A stretch of DNA of 64,000 nucleotides, from contig NC_090340.1 of the NCBI RefSeq assembly GCF_035084215.1, positions 36,890,001 to 36,954,000 on the forward strand, read 5' to 3'. Positions 1-12,854 of the stretch are shown here, one piece after another. Both the position numbers and the translations under genes were made by a program. This DNA comes from Heptranchias perlo (taxonomy: Eukaryota). Below the pieces are notes generated by a model. It had not been told where the DNA came from. It made no database searches and saw only the letters and a list, made by a program, of their open reading frames with translations. The stretch's first letter is position 1, and each line of letters begins with the position of its first letter.

Positions 1-230
1 ATAGCTGCTAGGAGAGAACTGCAAGACAAACTCATTAGGGAGACTTTCAGAAATGTTTGATCATATTATAGCTGTACAACATTTGTAATAACCAGGATCC
101 TCCACATAATTTAAATGTACAATCCTTCGGAACACTCCATTCATCATTAAAAGCAGAAGACCCATAAGGATCCCAACTCCACAAACATCTTTTTCAGATG
201 AGGTAAATGGACTTTCCTTTTTGTTTGTAT

Positions 231-260
231 TATCTATCTACCTACCTACCTACCTACCTA
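231..260. repeat. Compound microsatellite (TATC)n(TACC)n
   Basis: tatctatctacctacctacctacctaccta. Confidence 0.9.
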
Positions 261-1469
261 TTATATATTACAAACCATACAGTGGTATGAGGTTCCTGCC
301 TGTAATCCTCTGGCAACAACCTTAATTTTAAGTCGAAACTTTTTAGTAACAGTAAATACTCTGCCTGAAAAGGAAAGATACAAAAGAGTTTTATATTTCT
401 TGGTCATCACTCTAAAAGCTTGCACTCTAAAGCTCACACCCTAAACAGCCAGGATAGCCTGCCTATTTTGTATTGTAGATTGTATGAAAGGAACTTTAAT
501 TTGTATTATTTGTACTCAAATGATTATAGGGTTGTTTTTATGAATGCATGCCACCAATCTTGCCCACCAGCCATGCATATTAAAATTAATAGATGGAAGT
601 TCATGGGCAGCACACTTGCTTTCTGATATACACAGCTAGTAGGCAAGGCTCCATGCTGGGCATCTGCATTTGTAAAATTGCCATTTGTATTTTCTGCCTC
701 TAACCAATGAAAAATTATAAAGGGAAGCATAAAGCAAAATATTAAAGTTAAAAGCTGTGTTTAGAAAAACTATTTGTTCAAACAGGGAGTTTAAGCCTGG
801 TTTGTGTCCTTCAGTTTATGAGATACAGGTCAAATATATAGATTTTCTTACATTTGTGACTTTTTGTCGATTTGATATTATAGCTGGTAGGAATGACTTC
901 AATTAAATCATCCCTGTAACTGAGTAAAAAGGGTTACTATCGTACCTGCTTGACTGCTGTGCCCAATTGTGTGAGAGAGAGAAGTGCTTGCTACAGTATA
1001 ACTTCCAATTTATCATGAGCAATGCCACAAGAGAGGTGCTAGCTGTTAATTATTACATAGGTTTGGTTCCCCCATCCTAGTTTTTCTCCCCTGTGCTCGT
1101 GAAGGTACTGACTCATGTAGACGAACAATTCCATGGGTGTCAACCACCATCCAACATTTTGTCATTGGCCCATTTTCCATGTACTGATGGTTGTAAATGG
1201 TTAAAAACTGATTCAAATCTCCCAGAACGGCAATATGCAAATACATTCAATTTTCCAGGTCAGTTTATTTGCATAATTATTCACAACTCCCGAGAGCAGA
1301 TTGGTAAGGGTACAGAATGGTAGCCTAGTGGTGCGACCAGAAAACTGTACATAGGTGAAACTTAAGAGATGTAGACAATTAAAGTGTAGCAGAATAGAGG
1401 GCCAAAAGTCCTTGCAGCCTTAGGAAAGGCTCAAAAGGCATTGGTGGCTTTGCTAAGGCTGAGGGGGAC

Positions 1470-1853
1470 AAGGCTAAGCAGTGACCATTACAAAATTATG
1501 AGGGACCTAGATAGAGTTGATAGGAAGGACCTATTACCCTTAGTGGAGGGGTCAATAATCAGGGGGCATAGATTTAAAGTGATTGGTAAAAGGATTAGAG
1601 CGGAAATTAGGAACATTTTTCTCACCCAGAGGGTGGTGGGGGTCTGGAACTCACTGCCTGAGAGGGTGGCATGCAGAAACCCTCAACTCATTTAAAAAAT
1701 ACCTGGATGTGCACCTGAAGAGCCGTGACCTGCAGGGCTATGGACCAAATGTGGAAAAATGGGAGTAGGCTGGGTGGCTCATTTCTCAGCCGATGCAGAC
1801 ACGATGGGCCGAATGGCCTCCTTCTGTGCCGTAAATTTTCTATGATTCTATGA
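1470..1853 (+). mobile_element. CR1 LINE 3' fragment
   Basis: ORF2 C-terminal RGHRFKV...FLTQRVVGVWNSLPERV, 3'UTR hairpin gggccgaatggcc and ttctatga tail. Confidence 0.9.
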
Positions 1854-1929
1854 CAGGTAACAATGAAAGTAAAGAAAACCCAATGTGCAGGAATGAGTCT
1901 GCAGGCAAGTGATCGAGCAGCTAGCATTC

Positions 1930-2270
1930 AAATTCCTGTTTGATCGGTGCTGAAGTAGAGATGCTGGTGTGTGAGGTGGTTGCTAAAAGGGTGGCCCAGT
2001 TTGCCACTCTATGGCACCGTTCCCATAAATCACGAAAGCAGTGTGCCTGGAAGGAGGTGAAGACAGGTTGGAGGCTGCAGTTGACCATTACAGTCACTGG
2101 ATTACCAGCTCTGCCAGCCCTTTGCTGCATGTTAGCTGCAGGTGCCCTTGCATAAGATGGCACAGCTCCACATCTGCCTGTCTGCTGACCCAGAACCTGT
2201 GAAGACAATTCTCCGTGGTCATTGCCAGATAAGTGCACCAATGTCTGAAGATATAGCCAGGCCTTCAGAT
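1930..2270. mobile_element. Internally deleted PIF/Harbinger remnant: Myb/SANT-like ORF start (+) fused to transposase N-terminus (-)
   Basis: + strand GAEVEMLVCEVVAKR...KQCAWKEV resembles the Harbinger Myb/SANT protein; - strand YLAMTTENCLHRFWVSRQADVELCHLMQGHLQ...PVTVMV resembles the HARBI1-type transposase N-terminus. Confidence 0.6.
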
Positions 2271-2740
2271 ATCTGTGCCAACAGGTGTGTGGTCATCATC
2301 TACCTTGGACTAGGAGCCTCTGCATGCACCAATACTCTGTGAAAGCAGCATGTGTGTACTTCTGTTTTTAGATACGATGTGAGGGTATTGGTGTGCAGGC
2401 ACAGAATACCTCTGATGCAATCTGAACCTGTATCATATACCTCCTTTGGCCGCCACCTTCTTCCTCCAACAGGAGGATTCCCACTGGGTGACCTGTTGGT
2501 GGCACTAATGGTAGTGATGAGAACAAAAAGAATCCTCAGAAGAATTGTCACAAAGGTTCATGAGAACCTAAGTGGTAGCAGAGAAAAAATAATGTAAAAA
2601 GAAAAATAGTGCAGAAATGGCCTCTAGGCTGTTGAATGAATTTGAATTAATCTTCTTTCTGGGCTTTTTAAACTTATTTCTGTATACAGCTCTGTGCCTG
2701 TCTGCCTATTATATATAATGGGGTAATGATGAACACAATG

Positions 2741-3465
2741 AGTTGGATTTTTCTGTGAGCGGCGACCGTTCATTAGACTTATGCTTGCCCACAGACTTTT
2801 CATGAGTTTTGCATGGCAAGTTCCTCTGATCAGGCACTCAATCCAGAGCGGCGCCCTCTACAGGGCACCAAGGACCTATGTGAACCGGGCAAGCAGCTGT
2901 GTATCCCCTTAACCAATCAGATTGAAGCCACACAGAGACTGAACCAGGAAATGTAAGTTGGAATAGTGAATTCAAAGTCAAATCAGGTACAGAAAGCGAA
3001 AAAATAGAGGGTAAGAATTATTGAATTGAGACAGAGCTAAAAGAGACAGAAAGGAAAAGTTATTAAAAATTTTAAGTGTCCAACAATAATTAATAATTGA
3101 AGGAATGAGACTCCACACTTGTAAAAGTTAATTTTCAGGGACAGAGAGGTTGTTTGGCAGTCATCAAGACTTACCATGCCATTAAGAGGGTGATTAGACT
3201 TAAAATTACTTGATGTAATTTCTGACGAGATTAGTTCGTATCCATCAGGTCAGTGCAGGAACTTCACACCGTTCCATTCATTTGAATGGAGAGCCAGCCG
3301 GTGAGATGCTGTTCTCGCTGAGCTTACGGAGAAGGGTCGCATGTGGTACAGCAACTTTAACGTTTAACTGCACATGTGCGGTCGCCAGAAGTTGCTGCAC
3401 CATTTCCACAGAAATAATGGTGAGCCCTATAAGCCTTGTCGATATTTTCACAGGAAAATCCAGCC
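2741..3465. mobile_element. Non-autonomous TIR DNA transposon (Harbinger-like MITE)
   Basis: Imperfect TIRs agttggatttttctgtg / cacaggaaaatccagcc; body clearly homologous to 11135-12111. Confidence 0.7.
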
Positions 3466-3660
3466 TGTTGTAAACTGCGCAACATCACAGTGACTTCTAA
3501 ATAATGTCACTTCTTGGTCATTTTCATATTACTCTGAAGCTCTCGTCTATTTTGGTTGGGAACTTCCATCACCCACCTTAAATTTTAACCAGAAACTCGA
3601 GTCATGTGCTAAATAGGCAGAAATTTGTTGGGACTCATCTTCACCTATTTTTACATTCCA

Positions 3661-3925
3661 ATTTTTTTTTATTCGTTCATGGGATGTGGGCGTCACTGGC
3701 AAGGCCAATCCCTAATTGCCCTTGAGAAGGTGGTGGTGAGCCGCCTTCTTGAACCGCTGCAGTCCGTGAGGTGAAGGTTCTCCCACAGAGATGTTAGGAA
3801 GGGAGTTCCAGGATTTTGACCCAGCGACGATGAAGGAACGGCGATATATTTCCAAGTCAGGATGGTGTGTGACTTGGAGGGGAACGTGCAGGTGGTGTTG
3901 TTCCCATGTGCCTGCTGCCCTTGTC
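3661..3925 (-). mobile_element. 3' end of LINE family B (CR1/L2-group)
   Basis: Reverse complement of 15610-15886, including the A-tail. Confidence 0.92.
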
Positions 3926-4119
3926 CCATGAGATCCAGTTTCCAGGGCATAATGGAGACTAAAATTGGCTTCCATGTGTCAGCCCAGATGGCGAGTGTCA
4001 TCAGACTATTTGATCATGGGGCAGCATCACAGATAAGCTCAATCCTGTTCTCACTTGAATTTATACATCTGCACTTTCCTGCAGCACTAACCGGACAGAA
4101 AGCAAAAGTGATTTTTCCC

Positions 4120-4270
4120 CCACCCTAGTCCAGAGATGTTGAGGCCAATTATAGGATCCCTACCATACTGCTGGCTAAAATCTGGAAATTCAGCACAGCA
4201 TCGCGATTGAAGCTGGGGCCTTTCGGGGTCTGTGTGCCCTAGTTTTACACTGGTCATTGCATTTCTCAAC
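4120..4270 (-). mobile_element. Decayed tRNA-derived SINE
   Basis: Reverse complement resembles the copies at 35575-35710 and 46945-47060 (cagaccaggaaggtcccaggttcaatc...ctgtgctgagttagctgatctc). Confidence 0.55.
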
Positions 4271-5599
4271 TGCACCATTCAGTGCTTTTTTATAAACAAG
4301 ATTATGATGCAAAAATATGGCTCTAAAAAACAATGCAATCTGTTGTACTGGATTTAATACACCTGTGTACATAAGATGTTAATAACATGGGTAAATGTTA
4401 TTCATCAGAGCAGATTTGCTCAAAGTTTTTGGTTCCAGGAATATTTATTTTGCTTCCTATTCATGAACAGAGTATGTAACAATCCCAAGGCACAAAACTC
4501 TAGATTGGTATTTGGCAACTTCAGCTTCACTATACGTTAACATCTTGTGTTAGTGCACACTCTAGTGGAAGTTTTTGGTGGTCTCAGCCTCTGGTACAAT
4601 TCTTCATAGTATTTACGTTTACTTCTAGTCATAGTAGGCTAACTGCAGATTTTTTTTATTCCGAGAAGAAAATCCATGCATATGTTTTGTAAAGTCAATG
4701 TCCAGTTTTGTGGCACAGTATTTATAGCAGAATACATTGGCACATCAGGGGTGGTAACACAGATGAGCACATGCTGGCCATTGTGCAGAATAGTTTGGCA
4801 ATGTTTCTGGGGTTCAGCTGGGTCAGGGAGATGTTAAGGTTGTGCCTACATAGAAGAAGGGTCTTGTAGGATTACACTAATTGGGAATTTGTAAACTACG
4901 TTTTTTTTTATGGTGTCAGTTAACAAGTCCTTTGGGGGTCATCTTTAATCTAGAGCAGCAGGTGATTGCTGGAAATCTCCAACTTCTTTCACAAATATAA
5001 TTGCCATTTGAAAATGCATATTTAAAGAATTTTATTTTTTTGTGTGACTTGTTTATAGAAGTGGTGACATTAGGGGTGTACAAACAGCAGCCGGTGTGAG
5101 GAACCAGAGTTGGCAGCAGTAACGACTACTACAGCATTTTACAACAGATGGTTACAGACAATTTTCCAGGTGTTATCTTTCTAAAGATTGGAAGGTGTAA
5201 GGACCAAGTCAGTGATCCTGCCAAAAATCCCTCTGGAATGACTATGCATGGCCTGAGATGCATACCAGGAGAGGCCGGATGCTACGAGCACAGCTCATGA
5301 ATCTAATATAAATAAGCTCCCCACAACTCTTGGGGCATGTGCTGGCTGCGTGACTAAGGGAAGGACCTCAAAATCTCATAAGCATAGAGCCCTTAAATTT
5401 AAAGATATATGGCCACTTAAAGTTAAGCTACACATGGGAACAAAAATTGTTGGAGCTTTTCAAAAGGCACAAATAATTTTAACGAGCTTTCATTCTCATG
5501 GCGGTGGGGGGAAGAAGTGTCAGGCAAGAATGAAAGGACAGAAAATTCAGCATGGAGACCCAAAACAGAGTCTGTTGGCAAGTGGTGGAGTGCTGCTGT

Positions 5600-7012
5600 C
5601 CCCAGTCCCCAGTTTGATGGCTCAAAGTGAGAAAGGATATAGGTAAGGGAAAGCAATCAGTGGAGACTCTATGGTTAGAATTGAGGAATAAGAGAGGACT
5701 TAATATTGTAATGGGAGTTGTCTACAAGACTCCTGATAGCAGTAATGTAGTGGCAGAGTGTATTTATTCAGAGAGTAGAGAGGCTTGTAGCAAAATCAGA
5801 GTTGTTTTAATGGGAGACTTTAATTTTCATATAGATTGGGAAGAGCAGAGTAGCTCAAGTCAGAAAGGTAGTGAGTTTCTCAAGTGTATTCAAGATAGTT
5901 TTCTAGAGCAATATGTTCTAGAACCAACAAGAACGCAGAACACTAGATTTAGTAATGAGTAATGAGCCAGACTTAGATAAATATTCTCTTACTGATAGAT
6001 TATTAACTAACAGTGATCATAATATGATCGAATTCAATGTTTGGTTTGAAAAGGAGAAACATAACATAGTTACTAAGATTCTAGATTTTGGTAAGGCTAA
6101 CTTTAATGGGACGAGACAGAGACTGACGACAGCAAACTGGTCAAAACTGTTATCGAGTAAAACTACAGATGAACAGTGGGCAGTGTTCAAAAAAGAATTT
6201 AGCTTAATACAGGACCAGTATATACCCATAAGGGACAAAAGCTCTACTTACCAAATAAAACATTCATGTTCGACAAAAGAGGTGGGAGATAACATAACTA
6301 AAGGAAAGAGCACACAAAAGTGCATATAGTATAGATCCAGGGGAGTGGGAGAAATATAAAGAACAGCAAAGGAAGACAAAAAGGGATTACAAAAAGTGAT
6401 TTGCAAGGGGTATCGAGATTAACACAAAAGTTTTTGCAATTATATTAGAAGAAAAAGGGTAGTCAAATGCAATGTGGGCCCTTTAAAAACAGAAGCGGGT
6501 AATATTGCAAATGAAAATAAGGAACTGGCAGGCTTGATGAATAATTACTTTGTGTCAGTCTTCACAGTAGAGGAAGAGGATAATATACCTGACATTCCAG
6601 GGAAACTAATAATGAATCAAGGACTGGTTAAGGGATGATTTGATTGAGGTTTTAAGGATTTTGAAAGGAATTGATAGGGTAGATAGAGAGAAACTTTTTC
6701 CGCTGGTGGGGGAGTCTAGGACAAGTAGACATACCTTAAAATTGGAGCCAGGCCATTCAGGAGAGAAGTTAGGAAACTCTTCTTCAAGCAAAGGGTGGTG
6801 GTAGTGTGGAACTCTGTCCCACAAAAAGCAGTAGATGCTAGCTCAATTAATAATTTTAAATCTGAGATCGATAGATTTTTTGCTAGCCAAGGTTTTTAAG
6901 GGATACAGAGCCAAGGCGGGTAAATGGAGTGAGGCTACAGATCAGCCATGATCTCATTGTATGGCGGAACAGGATCGAGGGGCTGAATGGCCTACTCCTG
7001 TTCCTATGTTCC
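5600..7012 (+). mobile_element. CR1 LINE with a large internal deletion (endonuclease region joined to 3' end)
   Basis: VETLWLEL...MGDFNFHIDW...SDHNMIEF endonuclease motifs, then a jump at ~6625 to the C-terminus/3'UTR with a gttcct tail. Confidence 0.9.
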
Positions 7013-7769
7013 TTTGGCAAGGCAGACATGATGCAGTATGTGGTGAGTATGAGGAGAGTTACCTAGTTTTGCACTCCAGGAGCATCTTCCCCAGAGGACA
7101 ACAGTACACCATTCCTGGCAAGAGGTGGCAGTCAGGCTCAATGCTGTCTACAGTACCTGGGAAGAGATGTGAGAGAAGGCAGCATACTTTAAGGAATTTG
7201 GCACGGTAAGACTACCAAGATTACCATGTCCCAGGTAGATGGCCCAAGATACCATAACACTGTTTTGAATAACACTGAATTTTCTTTGGCAATATTACAA
7301 GTCTAGTTAGTTCAACTTATTGCTGATAATCTCACAGCTGTTGCAATGATTCTTGGATCTTATACAACTTCATCATTCAGAGTCAGCATAGTAGAGTTAA
7401 TTGTCTCATCTCTTAGTGAAATGCTCATGTTGACCTCCTGAGATGTTAGAGCAGTAAACCTCCCGTCCATAGACGCGGTATCCATTCTCTCTTAGATCAC
7501 CTGTCTCTCCTGAGTAGATCTACCTGACATGTCGGTAACTATATTTGGATTAGAGCTAGTTCAAATATCATTTTCCTTATTCTCAGGGTAACCTGTCTTA
7601 TATGCACTTGACACACTTAAAACTTATCTCTAAGTTTGTGGCCTTAACAACCTAGGTCTACCAGATCAGGCTCTTTGCCTCACAGTGCTGCCTTGATTCA
7701 TGATCCATGATTCTTAGCATTAACTCTTTCTGTTTTCCCAGATTACTAAAACTCCATCTAATAGGCCCA

Positions 7770-8437
7770 CTTCCTTAAATCTGGCAGCACCAACAGCTAT
7801 GTCTACTTTCGGAAATGAAGCAGCTTAGTGAAAGAAAGACCCATGGGTGTGAGGCTCCTGTCTTGTACCTCTTGGAGTAGGGCATAGAGCTCTTCATTTG
7901 AGAAGCTAGGTGGGCTTCTTCTGCTTGCTGCCCTGGCATGGAGTTGCAGGCACAGCTGGCACCTAAGTGGAGCATGATGGTGCCAATTTGGATCAATGTT
8001 GTGGGTGAGAAATGCCATCAAGTGATTTGGTGGAAAGTGCCAGCAAAACCACTTGTCTGTAGCCTCACTCCATTTACCCGCCTTGGCTCTGTATCCCTTA
8101 AAAACCTTGGCTAGCAAAAAATCTATCGATCTCAGATTTAAAATTATTAATTGAGCTAGCATCTACTGCTTTTTGTGGGACAGAGTTCCACACTACCACC
8201 ACCCTTTGCCTACCTGGCTGTCGGACAGTGTTCTGCTGTTGCCGGGGTATGTAGAGTGCTTTTAAAGAGTTATGCCATTGTTGCACAGAAGTTTCTACAC
8301 TCAAATTACACTAAAACTGCACCACAAATGTTTAAATGAATTACCCCAGGAAACTCTCCTTGCTGGTGAATGGCATAACTTTCCAGCACGACACGGCAAT
8401 AACAATAGCGTAACTGATGTTGATGAAATTCAGGGCC
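7770..8437 (-). mobile_element. Harbinger-derived remnant (Myb/SANT-like start) carrying an inserted CR1 copy
   Basis: RRSPPSFSNEELYALLQEVQDR resembles the Myb/SANT N-terminus; TIR-like gaaattcagggcc at ~8425-8437. Confidence 0.5.
8056..8209 (-). repeat. Exact inverted duplicate of 6788-6941
   Basis: 154/154 identity by eye to the reverse complement of 6788-6941. Confidence 0.92.
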
Positions 8438-10219
8438 GTATGTGGCAATGAACCTTCGGTGCTCTGCTATGCCGAGAAGTACAAAAATAGTCTTTTACAA
8501 TAATGTTTTTTGTCAGGAAATAATGTCAGTGTAGCTTCAATCCATATACGTGTCAGGATTCAAAATATCCTTTAAGGTTACTGGATTTTGAAAGACACTA
8601 ATAAAGATCAATGTTTTGTCAGGCATCCACATTTTCGATATGTATCAGTCAATTCATGGCCCTTGGGAACGAGATGGGGAAAGGTCAATTCCACCTACAG
8701 GTTAATATGGCCAGAGAATGTAACCAGTGACATGTGAATTAGACTTGGTGCATGCCCTTTTGGGTTCAGACATTTAACTTTCGCAACCATCACATTCCAG
8801 TTCGTGACTCATTTCCTATGGTCATGAAATCCATCACCTGGAAAGCAAAGATAATTATATTTATTAAAATTGTATTAGCCTTTGCGATTGTGAGAAAACT
8901 GATGTAAAGAAATACCATGGCATACCTGCAAGTTTACATTAAGTAAATGTTCAATGTAGCATTCTTCAGTGTATGTGAAGACAATTACCCAAGCTTCTAT
9001 TTCCTTATAAAAAAGGAAAATTCTGAATTAAGCAACAAGTTCTTTCTATTTACATTTATAATTGCCCTATCCCAATACATATACTGCCATGCAATTGTCC
9101 CTTAGGTTATGTAGTTTAGCATTCTTCCCTCTTTAGCTCAATATTTTAAAAGACAGTTTCCAGTACATCACTAACTACCTTCCAGAATTTACATATTTTT
9201 CTGGTTTCACGTTTGGCTCTTTGATCTACATTCATATTGGTTGGGTCTGTTCACAATTCTTATTCATCCCTTGGTCTGAGCACACGGAATGTGCATTTAT
9301 CCTAGTTTTGAACACATCCAGGTAATCTAAGACTGGGAACTTTATTTTTTCAGATTGCAAGTTTCTGAACAGTGTGATTGCTGCCACAGGCATCTTTAGG
9401 TTTTATTTGTCGTAATATCCATTGCTGCATTTACCTGGAATCAGCATTTGCTGTCTCTCAATTGATTCAAATCAGGCAAATCCAGAGACTACAAACAGAT
9501 CCGAATTGGCTCAATGCAGATTCTGAAATGACTTTGAAGACAGGAGGCTTATTTGTTTAGAACCAGGTAACCTGTTTAGCAATGGATCAATATTTATCCC
9601 TCAAATATGATTGCAGTTTTGAGTCTTGCTAGAGACCAGTGAGTGTGACTTATGACAAAGTTTTGTCCGTTTATTGTTTGCCAGTAAGGGAGTGGAGTAG
9701 GTGTATCCCCTGCAGTGAGGAAAGGTAACTGTTTTTCCTTGTTACCCAATGGAGGATGTTGCTGGTCATTAGTACAATACTGCTTTATGCTCACCTGTTC
9801 TCCAATGGGGAAAGTGGGGAACACAAATTAACGAAATAGGGAATAAACTTTCTGCAACCTATTTCAGAAACAGTTTCACCGTCAATCCAGACAGTTTTAA
9901 AGAATTGTGGTTCATTTTTATTTTTCTTTCTGTTCATTTCTGTTGATATTTTAGAATATTTGTGTTTAAACAATGGGTGATAAATGCCATCAAAGAAACT
10001 GACTGGAAGAATTACTGTGCCTTAATTGTGTGATGGAGTTGAGCTAACATCGGTAAAGATAGTCATTATCCCAGTGTGCTTCAATGAGCTTAACAAGTCA
10101 ACTGTGCATGTTAATTCAACCCTCGCTCTGTTGGACATGTAATTGCTATTAGCCAGGTTCCGAATGACATTATCTGCACTCGCTATTCAAAAAGTACAAA
10201 AACACCTCAGATGTGCAGA

Positions 10220-10840
10220 CAGAGACCTGAAATGGTAGCTGATTTTCACTTCTAGGTGGCAGACTGACAGAGCACGCCAACCGCCCACCAGTCAAGTTGA
10301 CGAGGAGGCTCGAGCCATTTTGTGCTTGAGCCTCATTTAAATCTTGGCGGTGAACTGCATGCCCGGAATGGGCATCCCGTTGCAACTCGCCAGCTCAGGC
10401 AGCCAGAACGCAGACAGGAACGAGCCCAGGCCAGCGGCAAACTGCAGTATTTTTCTGGAGCCAAGAGGAGCAGTCCTGCTCCTCCTGTCTCCACTAAAAT
10501 ATAACACACCAACTTTTATGGGCCATTTTTGGAGCAGTCAGCAATGGTCCCTTTAAGAACTGGTAGTTAGGCCACTCAACATCAGAACACATGTGGCGGA
10601 ACAAGCGCAGCATGCTCCACCCATGTGCTGCTGAAAATTGCAATCGGGGTCCTAACTACGTCATAGGGCTCCGATTTACATATCCCAAGAGACCTACCAG
10701 CTGAAATAGCTGAACACTCCTGCCGCCCAAATGAAGGCCCCTTTAAAAATAATGGTAGCTGGAGCATTGGCATTAGCAGGGCAGTAAGTCTACTGAGCTC
10801 ATTTTGAGGCCATTACTGGCTAGGTGAAAATCGGTCCCCA
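10220..10840. mobile_element. GC-rich non-autonomous DNA transposon remnant
   Basis: TIR-like gctgattttcact (~10240) and gtgaaaatcggtcc (~10825); motifs shared with 59100-59615 and 60590-60930. Confidence 0.45.
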
Positions 10841-11134
10841 AGATGGTTCAGGTTAATGCTGTTTGTAACTGTTTAATTCTTAAATTGCAATGCAGCTTCA
10901 TCTTTAAACTCAGCACTGTGTTCTATAGTCTGGAAATAACTGTATGTTTATCACATACTAGCTGGTCTATTGAATTTTATACTGAATAATGGATAACAGA
11001 GTAGGTGTCAGGTAGTAACAAGGTTCTAATCCAGTCTTCAAATGGTTTACAGATGTTATGGGAATCTCAGAATTGGATTACAACAATAGATCTCACTTAG
11101 AAAATATTACTTCATGTAATAGCCAATAATTAAT

Positions 11135-12111
11135 GGCCCAGAATTTGCTGTAGCCGGTCAACGAACGGCGCCCGCCGTTAGTTAAACTTGCCCCTTTAAT
11201 CTCGATGATATTTTGCACCGCAAGTTGCTGGAAGTGGGAGATGGAAACGGCATGGCGCCCTCTACAGGGCATCTGGGATCTGAGTAAAAGGGGCAAGCAA
11301 CTGTGTATCTCCTTAACCAACCAGATTGAAGGATTGTTAAATGAACAGCACAGAATCTGAACCAGGAAGTGTCGGTTAGAATGGGTAAATTCAATGTCAA
11401 ATCAGATACAGAAAGAGAAATAAAGAGAAGGAAAGAAAGATTGGATTAAGAGAGAGAGAAAAAAGAGACAGAAAGAAAAAGTAAAAAAAAATGTTTTTTT
11501 TAATTTCCAACAACAATTAAAACCTGAAGGAAAGAGACTCCACATTTGTAATAGTTAATTTTCAGTGCCAGAGAGGCTGTTTGGCAGCAATTAACACTTA
11601 GCACGCCATTAAAAAGTAGTCTTGTATGTAATGTTTCTCTGTCTGAACACTATTCAACTCCTTTGATTGCCTGGATAACGGGCAGTTGGAAAGATTATCT
11701 GTAATCACCAGGCATTGTTCTCTGACTATATATGCTGTACCTTTATGGAATCCCACACTCACCTGACGAAGGAGGAAGCCTCCGAAAGCTTATGATTTTA
11801 AATAAAGCTGTTGGACTATAACCTGGTGTTGTAAGACTCCTTACATTTGTACACTGAAATGGGCAAGCTCTATTTTTTTGTGGCAAGTTTAGTTCGTATC
11901 TACCGTGCAAATAAAGGAACTCAAATACAGGAATAAAGGTGAGATGCCGTTTTCATGAAGCTAAGGGTAGAACTGCGCATCTCGGACAGCATCTTCTGGA
12001 TTTTCACATTTAACTGTGCATGTGCCCTTGTCTGAAGTTTCTGTGCATTTTGCGCATAAATAACGGTGAGTGCCGTTAGCCTCACCATTATTTTGACAGC
12101 AATTCTGGGCC
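11135..12111. mobile_element. Non-autonomous TIR DNA transposon (Harbinger-like MITE) interrupted by a Penelope fragment
   Basis: TIRs ggcccagaatttgctgt / acagcaattctgggcc; homologous to 2741-3465. Confidence 0.8.
11622..11851 (+). mobile_element. Penelope-like retroelement terminal fragment
   Basis: cctgacgaagga...ctccgaaagctt...aataaa...ggactataacctggtgttgt end motif; absent from the sister MITE at 2741; second copy at 20673-20775. Confidence 0.65.
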
Positions 12112-12440
12112 ATTATGTTTATTTCAGAGCTTTCTAGTGTGGCTACTGCAACTGGTGTATTGCTAAATGCGCTGAATGCAGTAAATAGGCTGAATGGTGC
12201 CTGTTTAAGAAAGTAATGAAAATGAAAACAACATTTTTAAGATCTGTTCATTTTAATGATTGCAAGGCAGGATGATGTCAGTGAAAGAGTATTACAACTC
12301 ATTATGATATAACCACAATGGGAGCAGATGTCCTCTCTGTAATATCTGTTACAAAATCATTAACCTATTTATAAATAATGTGTTTACAATTTCACTACAC
12401 ATAGCACACCAGGGAAATCTTTTCAATGCTGACTATTATA

Positions 12441-12557
12441 GGGCTGATTCTGCGATCAAGCGATCATGGGGAGCATAGTTCGGGAAATCGTGGACAAACA
12501 GCCCGTCATTTTCCATAGATTATGATTAATGGGATCACCTGATCGTGGAATCAGCCC
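12441..12557. mobile_element. Short palindromic MITE
   Basis: gggctgattctgcgatca...tgatcgtggaatcagccc terminal inverted repeats. Confidence 0.7.
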
Positions 12558-12854
12558 TTGAGACACCAGGAATTCAAGAGCCAACCTCTCCACATGTATC
12601 GTTTATCAAACACTGCCGTGTGTTATGTGTATCAACAATACTGCAGTATTCACACAATGTGTGAAGTAGCTTGAGACTCTAATTGTACATTTCTCAAGTA
12701 AAAAGAAACAGGATAAATAAATTTCAGATTCAACTTCCGGGGATCGACTTTGACGTTTGGGCGATTGACCAAAAGAAGCGAGCTGGCTGATCGCCAGTAC
12801 CTGAGGCAAAGAAACGGCCCGGATTTTGAAGCACCTGCCTCATTAATATTGGTC

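Noticed and set aside
2300-2551. ORF with a signal-peptide-like start (MTILLRILFVLITTISA)
   Set aside because: It begins at GTG with an in-frame stop just upstream, and it adjoins a Harbinger remnant.
9795-9939. Minus-strand exon-like segment ending CAG|gtgagc
   Set aside because: The acceptor is weak, joining it to the 17361 donor creates TAA, and I see no homology.
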